DNA of 64,000 nucleotides from Octopus sinensis (taxonomy: Eukaryota), in NCBI RefSeq assembly GCF_006345805.1, contig NC_042997.1, forward strand, positions 110,360,001 to 110,424,000, written 5' to 3'. The notes beneath the pieces are model-generated. The model ran no database searches. It saw only the letters and a list, made by a program, of their open reading frames with translations, and was not told where the DNA came from. Positions 1-12,000 of the stretch are shown piece by piece. The translations under genes and the position numbers were made by a program. How positions within the stretch are numbered: the first letter of the stretch is position 1; each line of letters begins with the position of its first letter.

Positions 1-999
1 TAAAAAGTATTTATTTTTCAATAAATCTTCAATTTCAATTCGAAATATCCTTTTAATTTCTTCTCAATAAATAATTCTTCTACAGAAGAAATTCTTTTTT
101 TTTTCTTTCTAAGAACGTCTTCTCCACACATAACTGGAAATCACAGATTCTTCGATTGTTGTCTGTGGAAGAAAACAATTTTGGTGGCATTTTGCAAGGA
201 ATTAATACAATGGAATAATTAAAAATAAAAAATATATCTTTTACTCATTTCAGTCATTTGACTGTGGCCATGCTACAACACTCCCTTGAAGAGTTTTTAA
301 TTGGCTGACCCCAGTAGTTATCTTTTTAAGCCTGTAACTTATTCTGTCAGTCTTTTTTGCCGAACTGTTAAGTTATAGGGATGTAAATACACCAACACCA
401 GTTATCAAGCAGTAGTGCAGGACAAACAGACACAAGGACATGAACACACACACATATATATATTTATGCTATGGGCTTCTTTCAGTTTCTGTGTACCTAA
501 TCCACTCACAAGGCTACAGAAATAGACACTTGCCTAAAATGCCATGCAGTGGGACTGAACCCAGGACTATGTGGTTGGAAAGCAAACTGTATGTGTGTGT
601 GTATATGTGTGTATGTGTGTGTGTGTTTCTGATTACTGATCTGATAGGATGTTTAGTTTGAAGGACGCATAAATATAAGAAAGTAAAAACAAACTGGTAT
701 TCTTCGCGTAAAGACCCCAGTGATATTTGTTCTGCCTCGAATTACACATACTCCCTTATCTTTGCTAGTGATAGAAATGCAATGATCAGCTAATCAAAAA
801 GCTGCAGCTAATGACTTTATTGTCCAGAAATTGTTTTATGAAAACAAATATAAAAAAAAACAACACAACATTAGTAGAAAAAACATTTAATTTGTAAAAT
901 TAGAGATTGCAAAATTTATAAAATAAGGTTTACCCGCTGTAATAAAACAGTTTCTTAACATAGTGGTAATCCTTTTTAAAAAATTACTCTGAAGTCACA

Positions 1000-1345
1000 T
1001 AGACTCACAATGAATCACTGAGTCACAATGAGTCCTCGAGTCAAAATGAGTCAGTGTCTTGTAATATGTCATTCAGTCACAGTGGGTCATTCAGTCACAG
1101 TAAGTCATTCAGTCACAATAAGTCACTGAGTCCCAATAAGTCACTGAGTCACAATGAGTCATTGAGTCACAGTGAGTCATTGAGTCACAATGAGTCATTG
1201 AGTCACAATAAGTCACTGAGTCACAGTGAATCATTGAGTTACAATGAGTCAATGAGTCACTGAGTCAGAGTGAGTAACTGAGTGACAATATCAGATTCAC
1301 AATGAGTGTAGTTACAGTGAGTCAGTCACAATGAATCCTCAACTT
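1000..1345. repeat. 18-bp minisatellite (approx. actgagtcacaatgagtc) downstream of the APEX2 stop
   Basis: Periodic 18-nt unit with degenerate edges; this is the source of the spurious ORF at 1054-1263. Confidence 0.85.
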
Positions 1346-1596
1346 ACAAGTCATAGAGCTGCCATGTAATATATCAAGTCAACAATGACTCTTCCTAGCT
1401 GGCCTACCTCTGAAATTATTGCAATTTACAAGGTACATGTGAAGCAAAATGGATCAACTGGGAACTAAACCTAATTCCCAGATTACCAATTCTTTGAATT
1501 TTTCAAACCAAATCAGTAATTTGTTTTCTACAAAAATAGAAATTTCAGGTTTTTTTTTCCATCAATCTACTTCTTTAAATCGTTAATCCACTTAAT

Positions 1597-2697
1597 CTAC
1601 TTCTTTAAATCTTTAATCCATTTAAAGAAATTGCATCGAGCTTCCTGGTTATTGGCAGCTCCGTCAGGTCGAGCACAGGTGTAGAACTGTCTACCTTGTG
1701 TAGGGCCAGGTTTCTTCACTGTTCGCAGAACACATGGCTCACTGTGCCCAGGACACAGGGGAGCTGGGGGTGGCCCTTTCAACAGATTCTTCCAAGCTAA
1801 CACCTGCGAATTTGAAGTTTGGTCTGTTGTGGACTTCACTTTGGAAACTATTAGTTCTTCTTTGTCTGCTTCCAACAATGAAGAGTCTTGAACATTTTTT
1901 GAAGAACTTTCTAAATGAGATGAAATGGAAGGTGCTGTTGTAATTTCCTGAGATTCGGAGGAATCATTAACATCCGAGTCATCTGATGATGGTTTTTTAC
2001 TGTCTGAAGAAGAATTCCGTCCTAACTGACCAGGACATGACGCTGGTTTCTTGTTGAAAAACCCCATTAAGTTTATTTGTTTTGGTTTATTTTCAAAGCA
2101 AGATTTGCCCTTTTTCTTCTGTGACCCTAAACTTTCAGACGATTGCCGCTTCAATGAATGAGGAGAATGTTTCCGCTTATCTTTCCCTTCTGTGCTTGCT
2201 GAATGCTGAACGATATTGTTGTTGGCAGACATGTCTGTGGAGGGTTTACCATAAGATTTAGTGAAAAACATGGATAGTTTCTGTTGTTTACCAGCAAATT
2301 CCGGCATGAATTTGGCACAATAACTAGGGGCCTTCAGAGCAGTAACAACTGAAAAATCAAAACTGGCTTTTACCGGACAATGGTCAGAACCATCCACATT
2401 GGCCATAATACAACAACTGATCAGAGCAGAATTCAGGCGTTCATTGCAAAGAATATAATCAAGACGTCTACCAAAGTTTGTCTGTCGGGCACCTGTTAGA
2501 GTACACCAGTTTGTGTAGGCCTCCTGCTGGTCAGGGTGGAGATAGCGAAACGTGTCGACAAAATATCCTCCTGTGACAGTGGCAGGTTGGGTATTTTTAT
2601 CATGCAGGTTACTTTTGTCAGAGAGTTCATCAGTTTGCTGTTTATGACACAACATTTGATTCAGCCAACAACGACTTGGTATTGAATGGGATCCACC
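1597..2697 (-). CDS. APEX2: AP endonuclease 2, last coding exon (exon 6)
   Basis: Acceptor ttttccag|GGT at 2697, phase 0. Encodes ExoIII C-terminal motifs DTFR..HP, Y.NWC...GAR..NFGRRLDY and GSDHCPV, then PEFAG and a Zf-GRF (CPGHSEPC...GRQFYTC...CNFFKW). TAG at 1597-1599. Confidence 0.93.
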   Translation of the reverse strand, partial: GGSHSIPSRCWLNQMLCHKQQTDELSDKSNLHDKNTQPATVTGGYFVDTFRYLHPDQQEAYTNWCTLTGARQTNFGRRLDYILCNERLNSALISCCIMANVDGSDHCPVKASFDFSVVTALKAPSYCAKFMPEFAGKQQKLSMFFTKSYGKPSTDMSANNNIVQHSASTEGKDKRKHSPHSLKRQSSESLGSQKKKGKSCFENKPKQINLMGFFNKKPASCPGQLGRNSSSDSKKPSSDDSDVNDSSESQEITTAPSISSHLESSSKNVQDSSLLEADKEELIVSKVKSTTDQTSNSQVLAWKNLLKGPPPAPLCPGHSEPCVLRTVKKPGPTQGRQFYTCARPDGAANNQEARCNFFKWIKDLKK

Positions 2698-3457
2698 CTG
2701 GAAAAGGAGAAAAACATCATGAAAGAACTGATAAGAACACAACTCGCAAAAAAGGGAAAAGAATGGACAAAATTCAGGAAAGGATTGGACAAAATTCTTG
2801 ATGGCATTTAGTCCTTTAGTCTTTTTTAGTCCTTTACTTGTTTCAGTCATTTGACTGTGGCCATGCTGGAGCACCGCCTTTAGTCGAACAAATCAACCCC
2901 ATGACTTATTCTTTGTAAGCCTAGTACTTATTTTATCGGTCTCTTTTGCCGAACCGCTAAGTTACAGGGGATGTAAACACACCAGCATCGGTTGTCAAGC
3001 AATGTTGGGGGAGACAAACACAGACACACAAACATATACACACATACACACAGATACATACATATATATGACGGGCTTCTTTCAGTTTCTGTCTACCAAA
3101 TCCACTCACAAGGCTTTGGTCGGCCTGAGGCTATAGTAGAAGACACTTGCCCAAGGTACCACGCAGTAGGGCTGAACCCGGAACCATGTGGTTGGTAAGC
3201 AAGCTACTTACCACACACTTATTTCAGGCATCAGACTGTCGCAGCACCTTCACAAATTTTTCTTGAATGAATCAACCACACAACAATACTTTGAGCCTGG
3301 CACTTACTCTATCAGTCTCTTTTGCCAAACCACTAAGTTACAGGGACATAAACACACCAACACTGGCTGTCAAGCAGTAGTGGGGGGGGGACAAACACAG
3401 ACACAAACACATAGATTATATCATCATCATCATCATCATCATCGTTTAGCGTCCGTT

Positions 3458-3512
<55 letters not shown>

Positions 3513-3521
3513 CACATATAT

Positions 3522-3567
<46 letters not shown>

Positions 3568-3856
3568 GCAAATACTTAGAAAATGGAGAAAACCACAGAT
3601 TAACACATCGGTTGGGCCACATTTGTAGCTTATTTCTTAATAAAAAGTATCACATAACAAAATAGGTGACGCAACATATCTTACAGCCGTTACTGATCGG
3701 ATGGGCAAAATGCAAGCTTCTTCACACAATGACATGTGAAGTAGAAATTGCTCACCCATATTGTGTTCTACTAAAATATATAAAACACACACAAAGCTAT
3801 CGTCTAATTATCTTCATTAAAGTTCAAAACGCAATCAAGCATAACGAAGCACTGAC

Positions 3857-3926
3857 CTCTGAATCTGGTTCACAATGGTCCATGTTCTGATGTGTTGTAT
3901 TAAGGTCTCCCAGAATGATCACATGA
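3857..3926 (-). CDS. APEX2: APEX2 exon 5 (70 nt)
   Basis: cattgcag|TCAT...GAG|gtcagt. Encodes HVIILGDLNTTHQNMDHCEPDSE (catalytic GDxN motif). Phase 2 to 0, consistent with the neighbouring exons. Confidence 0.9.
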
Positions 3927-4186
3927 CTGCAATGAGAAATGAGGACAACATTGGTTTCAAATATTGGCACAAGGCCAGCAGTTTGAGGGGAGGGGCTAAG
4001 TCGACCAGTGAACTCGACGGGTAATTCTTTTATCAAGCCCATAAAGGATGAAAGGCAAAACCAGCCCCAGCACTATTTGAACTCAGAACGTAAAGACAGA
4101 CAAAATCCAGCTAAGAATTTTGCCAGTGTGCTAACGATTTGGCCATTAGCAGCCTTAGAAATAGGGACAATAATGATGATGATGAT

Positions 4187-4573
4187 TGCCTTTGCACAGC
4201 TTCTAACGCTGGAGATGTACGACGGTGTCAGCTGTTCACTACCAGTGAACTAAGCTAACACCTCTTATTTTTCAAGCGGTTCCAAGCAGTGCCGTTTTCT
4301 GCAAGTACTCCACACTTATTGCAGCCCCTATGTGTTCCATGTACTTCTCAAGATTTTTACTCACTGTTCCCCCAGCTCGGACAATTATTGGTACTACTAC
4401 CACCTTTTTCATCAACCACAACTGCTTAACTTTCCAACCTAACCTGTCGTACCTATCGACTTTTCTTTCTTCCTAATCGCATACCCTGTTGTCAGCTGGG
4501 TATGCTATATCTATGATCCAGCATAATTTGCTTTCTTTCTCAATTAACACCATGTCTGGCTTCCTATTCTATG

Positions 4574-4575
<2 letters not shown>
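4187..4575 (-). mobile_element. R4/Dong-like LINE 3' fragment (RLE domain)
   Basis: RKPDMVLIEKESKLCWIIDIA...VVVVPIIV...LQKTALLGTA; abuts (ATT)n. Confidence 0.7.
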
Positions 4576-4629
<54 letters not shown>

Positions 4630-7600
4630 GGTGGTGAGCTAGCAGAATCGTTGAAATGCTTAGTGGTATTTCACCTGTCACCACATTCTGAGTTCAAATT
4701 CCGCCAAAGTTGACTTTGCCTTCATTCCTTTCAGGGTTGATAAATTAAGTACCAGTGAAACACTGGGGTTCAATGTAATTGACTCATCCCTACTTCCCCC
4801 AAGCTGCCCTTGAGGCAAAAATTTGAAATTATTATTATTATTATTAATAATAATATTTGATAAGAAACTGAGAGGAGGGATGGGAGGGGCAGTGACTGTG
4901 ACAGCTGCTGGCTACGCTCCCAGGTTTCTGACAATGACAGGAATTAATGTTCTAGTTGAATAGATAAAGGTGAGTGTTTGGAGAGACTAAGCTGAGGGGT
5001 GGTGGGGGCCACAGTTCTGGGAAGGACTCACAGGCTGAGGTTGTTAAGTGTGGTGTTGGAACGGTGAAGTACAGTAAGAGTAATGAGTATCTGGTGGGAG
5101 ATGTGGGCCAGGATGGAGAGGATGTTCACAGAAGCAGGCCTGAGCGGAGACAGTTGGTTCAGAGATAAAATAATGGGGATGGGGAAGGGGAGAAATTGGT
5201 AACAGAAATGAGTCTGGGTGGAGAGGGTGCATCACTTGCTGGTTGAGAAGAGTGTGCCTGGAAGGAAAGGGTATGTAACTTGTTTGGTTCAGAGGAGCAG
5301 AGACCAGTGTAGTAGTGGTAAGAGAAGCAGAGAGAGGAGACAATGGCCAAAGTGTGTCAGTCAAATGGCTTTAATAAATGATTTGGAAGTGGAAGAATTT
5401 GGGGAAATGAATTCTGGTAATTTCTTTATGCATCCTGAAGAGATTAAAATGATAATCGACAATGCCTTAAAACAGTGAGTCTTAATCAAGGTCCATCTGA
5501 CCCCTTAGGATTCCATATAAGATTTTTTGGTTCAAATTTATTTTCAAGGCATGGCTGTGTGGTAAGAAGCTTACTTCCCAACCACATGGTTCCAGGTTCA
5601 GTCCCACTGCATGGCACCTTGGGTAAGTGTCTTCTACTATAACCTTGGGTCCACCAAAGCTTTGTGAGTGGATTTGATAGATGGAAACTGAAAGAAGCTC
5701 ATCATATATATATATGTGTCTGTACATGTATATGTGTGTCTATGTTTGTCCCACCCCACTATCACTTGACAATAGATGTTGGTATGCTTATGTCCCCATA
5801 ACTTAGCAGTTCAGCAAAAGAGACTGATAGAATAAGTACTAGGTTTACAAAGAATAAGTCCTGGGGTCGATTTGTTCAACTAAAGGCGGTGCTCCAGCAT
5901 GGCCACAGTCAAATGCCTGAAACAAGTAAAAGAGTAATAAACTGGTTTCACTTCTAAAATACACAAAGTATTTTAATAATTTTTTAAACAATCCCTAATG
6001 ATATTTAATTCTAAAAAATATAAGGGCTCTGAGGGTCCACCTGAGTAAAACAAGAACCGAAGGGATCTACAGGAAAAAATGGTTGGGAACCACTGATTTA
6101 GAAGAAATACAGACAATGGTGAAAGGATTTCCAACATACAACCTACACAGTCACACATCATCATCATCATTTAACATCCATTGTCCATGCTTGCATGGGT
6201 TGGACGGTTTGACTGGGCTGGCATACTGGAAGGCTGGCTGCACCAGGCCCCAGTCTGATTTGGCATGGTTTTCTACAGCTGGATGCCCTTCCTAATGCCA
6301 AACACTTTACAGAGTGTAATGGGTGCTATTACATGCCACCGGCATGGGTGCCATTTGGGTTTACGTGCCAATTTGTGTGACACTGGTATCTGCCATGACT
6401 GCAATTTTGCTCAGCTTGATGGGTCTTCTTTTCAAGCACAACATCCGTGAACCAAAAAGAACCAAAATGATGCCATTCACTTTGGTAGCAGGACTAGCAG
6501 AACTAATCCTTGTAGCATTTAAGGCTGGTGAGCTGGCAGAAATGTTAGCACGCTGGGCAAAACGCTTAGTGGCATTTCATGTGTCTTTACATTCTGAGTT
6601 CAAGTTCCGCCGAGGTCGACTTCGCCTTTCATCCTTTCGTGGTCAATAAATTAAGTACCAGTTGCATACTGGGGTAGATCTAATCAACTAGCCCCCTCCC
6701 TAAAAATTTCAGGCCTTGTACCTAGAGTAGAAAAGAATATATCTTTTATATACACACATGTGTGTGTATGTGTGTGTGTGTGTGTAATATATCTACCCCG
6801 CATCTTGTATATTTGGCATTAATACTGCTGTATATATTATTTCGATGTTATCGTATATATTAAACAAATACTGACTTATTTACTGTATCAAAGCTGCAAT
6901 AGCAATACTGCCGTATATATTTTGTTAATACTGTTTTGTGTGTTATGTATCAATATTGTCATTATCAATAAGGCAGCGAGCTGGCAGAAACGTTAACATG
7001 TCGGACGAAATGCTTAGCGGTATTTTGTCTGTCACTACGTTCGGGGTTCAAATTTCGCCAAGGTCGACTTTGCCTTTCATCCTTTCAGGATCAATAAATT
7101 AAGTACTAGTGGCATACTGGAGTCGATCTAATCGACTGGCCTCCTTCCCCAAAATGTTCGGGCCTTATGTCTAGAGTAGAAAAGAATACTTTTAGCATTT
7201 AGATTATCCTGTCAAATGTAATTCTTATTTATTCACATTGTTTTGGAATAATTATGCATTTTTTAACGTAGTTACTCATCGGCAATTATTCTTTTCTACT
7301 CTAGGCACAAGGCCTGAAATTTTGGGGGAGGGGCCCAGTAGATTAGATCGACCTCAGTACGCAACTGGTACTTAATTTATTGACCCTGAAAAGATGAAAG
7401 GCAAAGTCAACCTCAGTGGAATTTGAACTCAGAACATAAAGACAGACAGAATACTGCTAAGCATTCTGCCCAGTGCGCTAACCACTCTGCCAGCTCGTCA
7501 CCAATTATTGTAGTATTGTCACTATTTATGACGATACTTTTTTACACTATAACCATGTGGTAACAAAATATACAAAACAAAGCAGGGTAACAACAATGTA

Positions 7601-8045
7601 ACAATCCGATGAATTACCCATGAACTCTACACAACCCAACAAATGATTTTCCAACAAACAACCAAATGACACCTACTCTGTCTGTCTGTCTGTCACTGTC
7701 TCTCCCTCTCACTCAGACCGCTACTATTTACAGTCATTCAGTCAAGTCTATTCTTGCAGTGGGAGGGGGGATGTTGTGACTCTCACCACAATATATTGTC
7801 TTGAAGCTTTGAGATTTCAATGAAGGGGTTGTATATTTTTAGAATGACATTGTAGGGTAGGTGTAAGAGTTCAGATCTGGCTGGTTTGATATGCTAAAGA
7901 GTCAAATGCAAAAGGGTGGATTTTATTTCAACCCCAGAATCATAAAGGAGAAAAGAACTTCACTGTAGCAAGGTATGAAGTCAGGAAATTGAGGGACAAA
8001 AGGAAAAGGAAAAACGGGGAGCCAAAAGATGGAAAGGAACTCTAC

Positions 8046-8192
8046 CTGCCACTTTCAATTAATGCCTCAGCTCGGGTTTGTAAAAGAGCAAAGAACCTCA
8101 GTTTGAAGTCATGGCGTTCTTCATTTTCAGAATCATATCTTGGACAGTAGACATTAATGACAGCCATTTGACTGCAGCTGCCATCAGGATTC
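8046..8192 (-). CDS. APEX2: APEX2 exon 4 (147 nt)
   Basis: gtcttgtag|GAAT...GGCAG|gtagag. Encodes AVINVYCP...RHDFKLRFFALLQTRAEALIESG. Phase 2 to 2. Confidence 0.9.
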
Positions 8193-8650
8193 CTACAAGA
8201 CAAAACAGGAGACAGCATTGAATGACATACAACAACAACAACAACAACAGCAACGAGATTACAGAACCTCATTCCGTTTTAGTAGTTACGTTGGAAATTC
8301 TTCAAAATGAAACAAAAGAAAAAAGAAAAACAGAAGTCATTATCAGGTGTCCACTGCAGTGGACAGTAGCCAAGATGAAATATCATTGTAGGTAATAACT
8401 GTTAATGTAGATGAGATATAAAACAGCAAGGTGACAGGACTGGTAGCCTGCCGGGTGAAATGCTTAGAAGCTTTTCACCTGTCTTTACGTTCTGAGTTCA
8501 AATTCCACCACGGTTGAGTTTGCCTTTCATCCTTTCAGGGTTGATAAAATAAGTACCAGCTGAGTACTGGGGTCAATACAATTGATTTACTTCCTACCCC
8601 AAAATTGCTGGCCTTGAGTCAAAATTAGAAACCATTATTATTATTATCAC

Positions 8651-8693
<43 letters not shown>

Positions 8694-9058
8694 ATTATTG
8701 AGTGAGAGAGCAGTTCATGCTATCAAAGTGACACTGGAGTACAAATGTACAAAGCCCAATATACCCACTTATCTGATAAGCGTACACCAGGCACATGCAT
8801 CACAACCATATGTGCACGACATGGTGATCTCATATCAAGATAAAGAGTGCATGACCTTGCAGGTCAGGCCCAATTAGAATTTTCTTCAGGTTGAGTAGCC
8901 CATCCTGCTCAAAAGGACCCTGAATAAGGATTATTTAAAAATGATGAACGAAACATTCATGTTTCCAGAGGTGAATTATCCAAACCGCAAAGAATTCTTC
9001 TCAACACATGGCTATGATGCTCCCCCACTACTTCTGCTCATGATCAGAGATGCATATA

Positions 9059-12000
9059 CATTCATCATCATCATCATCATCATCATTTAACGTCCGCTTT
9101 CCATGCTAGCATGGGTTGGACGGTTCAACTGGGGTCTGGGGAGCCCGAAAGCTGCACCAGTCCAGTCAGATCTGGCAGTGTTTCTACAGCTGGATGCCCT
9201 TCCTAACGCCAACCACTCCGAGAGTGTAGTGGGTGATTTTATGTGCCACCGACACAGGTGCCAGACGAGGCTGGCAAACGGCCACGCTCGGATGGTGTTT
9301 TTATGTGCCACCGACACAGGTGCCAGACGAGGCTGGCAGACGGCCACGCTCGGATGGTGTTTTTATGTGCCACCGACACAGGTGCCAGACGAGGCTGGCA
9401 GACGGCCACGCTCAGATGGTGTTTTTATGTGCCACCGACACAGGTGCCAGACGAGGCTGGCAGACGGCCACGCTCGGATGGTGTTTTTATGTGCCACCGA
9501 CACAGGTGCCAGATGAGGCTGGCAAACGGCCACGATCGGATGGTGCTTGTTACGTGCCCACAGCACGGAGGCCAGTCGATGCGGTACTGGCTACGGAAAC
9601 GTTCGGATGGTTTTCTTATGTGCCACGTGCCACCGGCACTGGTACCACAAAGATACAAATTCCATTGATGTTCATCTATTTTGATTTGTTTTGATTTGAT
9701 TTTCACTTACCTCAACAGGTCTTCACAAGTGTCACAAGAAGGAAGGTATGCACAGGTGGACTGACTATGTCCCAGGTAGGGGCCATGGGTTATGGCCTGA
9801 CTAGTCTTGCCGGGTCTTCGGATGGTGTTTTTATGTGCCACCGACACAGGTGCTAGATGAGGCTGGCGAACGGCCACGATCGGATGGTGTTTGTCATGTG
9901 CCCACCGCACTGACTACGGCACTGATGGATTTCTTGTGTGCCACAGGCACTGGTACCACAAGATACAAATTCCATTGATGTTCAACTATTTTGTCTATTT
10001 TGATTTGATTTGATTTTCACTTGCCTCAACCGGTCTTCACAAGTGTCACAAGAAGGAAGGTATGCACAGGTGGACTGACTAGTCTTGCCGGGTCTTCGGA
10101 AGGTGTTTTTATGTGCCACCGACACAGGTGCCAGATGAGGCTGGCGAACGGCCATGATCGGATGGTGTTTGTTACGTGCCCACAGCACGGAGGCCGGTCG
10201 ATGCGGAACTGGCTACGGCCACGTTCGGATGGTTCTCTTGTGTGCCACGTGCCACCGGCACTGGTACCACAAAGATACAGATTCCATTGATGTTCATCTA
10301 TTTTGATTTGTTTTGATTTGATTTGATTGATTTTCACTTGCCTCAACAGGTCTTCACAAGTGTCACAAGAAGGAAGGTATGCACAGGTGGACTGACTACG
10401 TCCCAGGTAGGGGCCATGGGTTATGGCCTGACTAGTCTTGCCGGGTCTTCGGATGGTGTTTTTATGTGCCACCGACACAGGTGCTAGATGAGGCTGGCGA
10501 ACGGCCACGATCGGATGGTGTTTGTCATGTGCCCACAGCACGGAGGCCAGTCGATGCGGTACTGGCTACGGCCACTTTCGGATCGTTTTCTCTTGTGTGC
10601 CACCGGCACTGGTACCACAAAGATACAAATTCCATTGATGTTCATCTATTTTGATTTGTTTTGATTTGATTTTGATTTTGATTTTGATTTTGATTTTCAC
10701 TTGCCTCAACAGGCCTTCACAAGTATCACAAGGAGGAAGGTATGCACAGGTGGACTGACTACGTCCCAGGTAGTGGCCATGGTTTATGGCCTGACTAGTC
10801 TTGCCGGGTCTTCGGAAGGTGTTTTTATGTGCCACCGACACAGGTGCTAGATGAGGCTGGCGAACGGCCACGACCGGATGGTGTTTGTTATGTGCCCACA
10901 GCACGATGGCCAGTGATGCGGTACTGACTACGGCCATGTTCGGATGGATTCTTGTGTGCCACCGGCACTGGTACCACAAGCGGTACTGACTACTTTTTAT
11001 GTGCCACCGACACAGGTGCTAGATGAGGCTGGCGAATGGCCACGACCGGATGGTGTTTGTTATGTGCCCACAGCACGATGGCGAGTGATGCGGTACTGAC
11101 TACGGCCACGTTCGGATGGATTCTTGTGTGCCACCGGCACTGTACCACAAGCGGTACTGACTACGGCCACGTTCGGATGGATTCTTGTGTGCCACCGGCA
11201 CTGGTACCACAAGCGGTACTGACTACGGCCACGTTCGGATGGATTCTTGTGTGCCACCAGCACTGGTACCACAAGGATACAAATTCCATTGATGTTCATC
11301 TATTTTGATTTGTTTTGATTTGATTTGATTTTCACTTGCCTCAGCAGGTCTTCACAAGTGTCACAAGAAGGAAGGTATGTACAGGTGGACTGACTACATC
11401 CCAGGTAGGGCCCACGGGTTATGACCTGACTAGTCTTGCCGGGTCTTCGGATGGTGTTTTTATGTGCCACCATGTTCCCACAGCACGGAGGCCAGTCGAT
11501 GCGGTACTGGCTACGGCCACGTTCGGATGGTTTTCTTGTGTGCCACAGGCACTGGTACCACAAAGATACAAATTCCATTGATGTTCATCTATTTTGATTG
11601 ATTTTCACTTGCCTCAGCAGGTCTTCACAAGTGTCACAAGAAGGAAGGTATGCACAGGTGGATCGACTACGTCCCAGGTAGGGGCCACGGGATATGGCCT
11701 GACTAGTCCTGCCGGGTCCTCTCATGCACAGCACACTTCCATAGGACTCGGTCTTCAGTCATTTCCTTGGTGAGACCTAAAGTTCGAAGGTCGTGCTTCA
11801 CCACCTCGTCCCAGGTTTTCCTGGGTCTACCTCTTCCACAGGTTCCCTCAACTGCTAGGGTGTAGCACTTTTGCACACAACTATCTTCAGCCATTCTCGT
11901 CACATGACCATACCAGCGCAGCCGTCTCTCTTGCACACCACAACTGACACTTCTTAGGTTCAACTTTTCTCTCAAAGTACTTACACTCTGACGATTATGA

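Noticed and set aside
4187-4575. Idea that all Dong-like fragments share one exact 5' truncation point
   Set aside because: This copy extends about 50 nt further (through RKPD) and the 59.4-kb copy is shorter; truncations only cluster loosely.
9241-11700. Regular repeat array resembling CRISPR
   Set aside because: Eukaryotic context, no unique spacers and no cas genes; it is the tandemly expanded RTE 3' UTR. The many overlapping ORFs here are artefacts.
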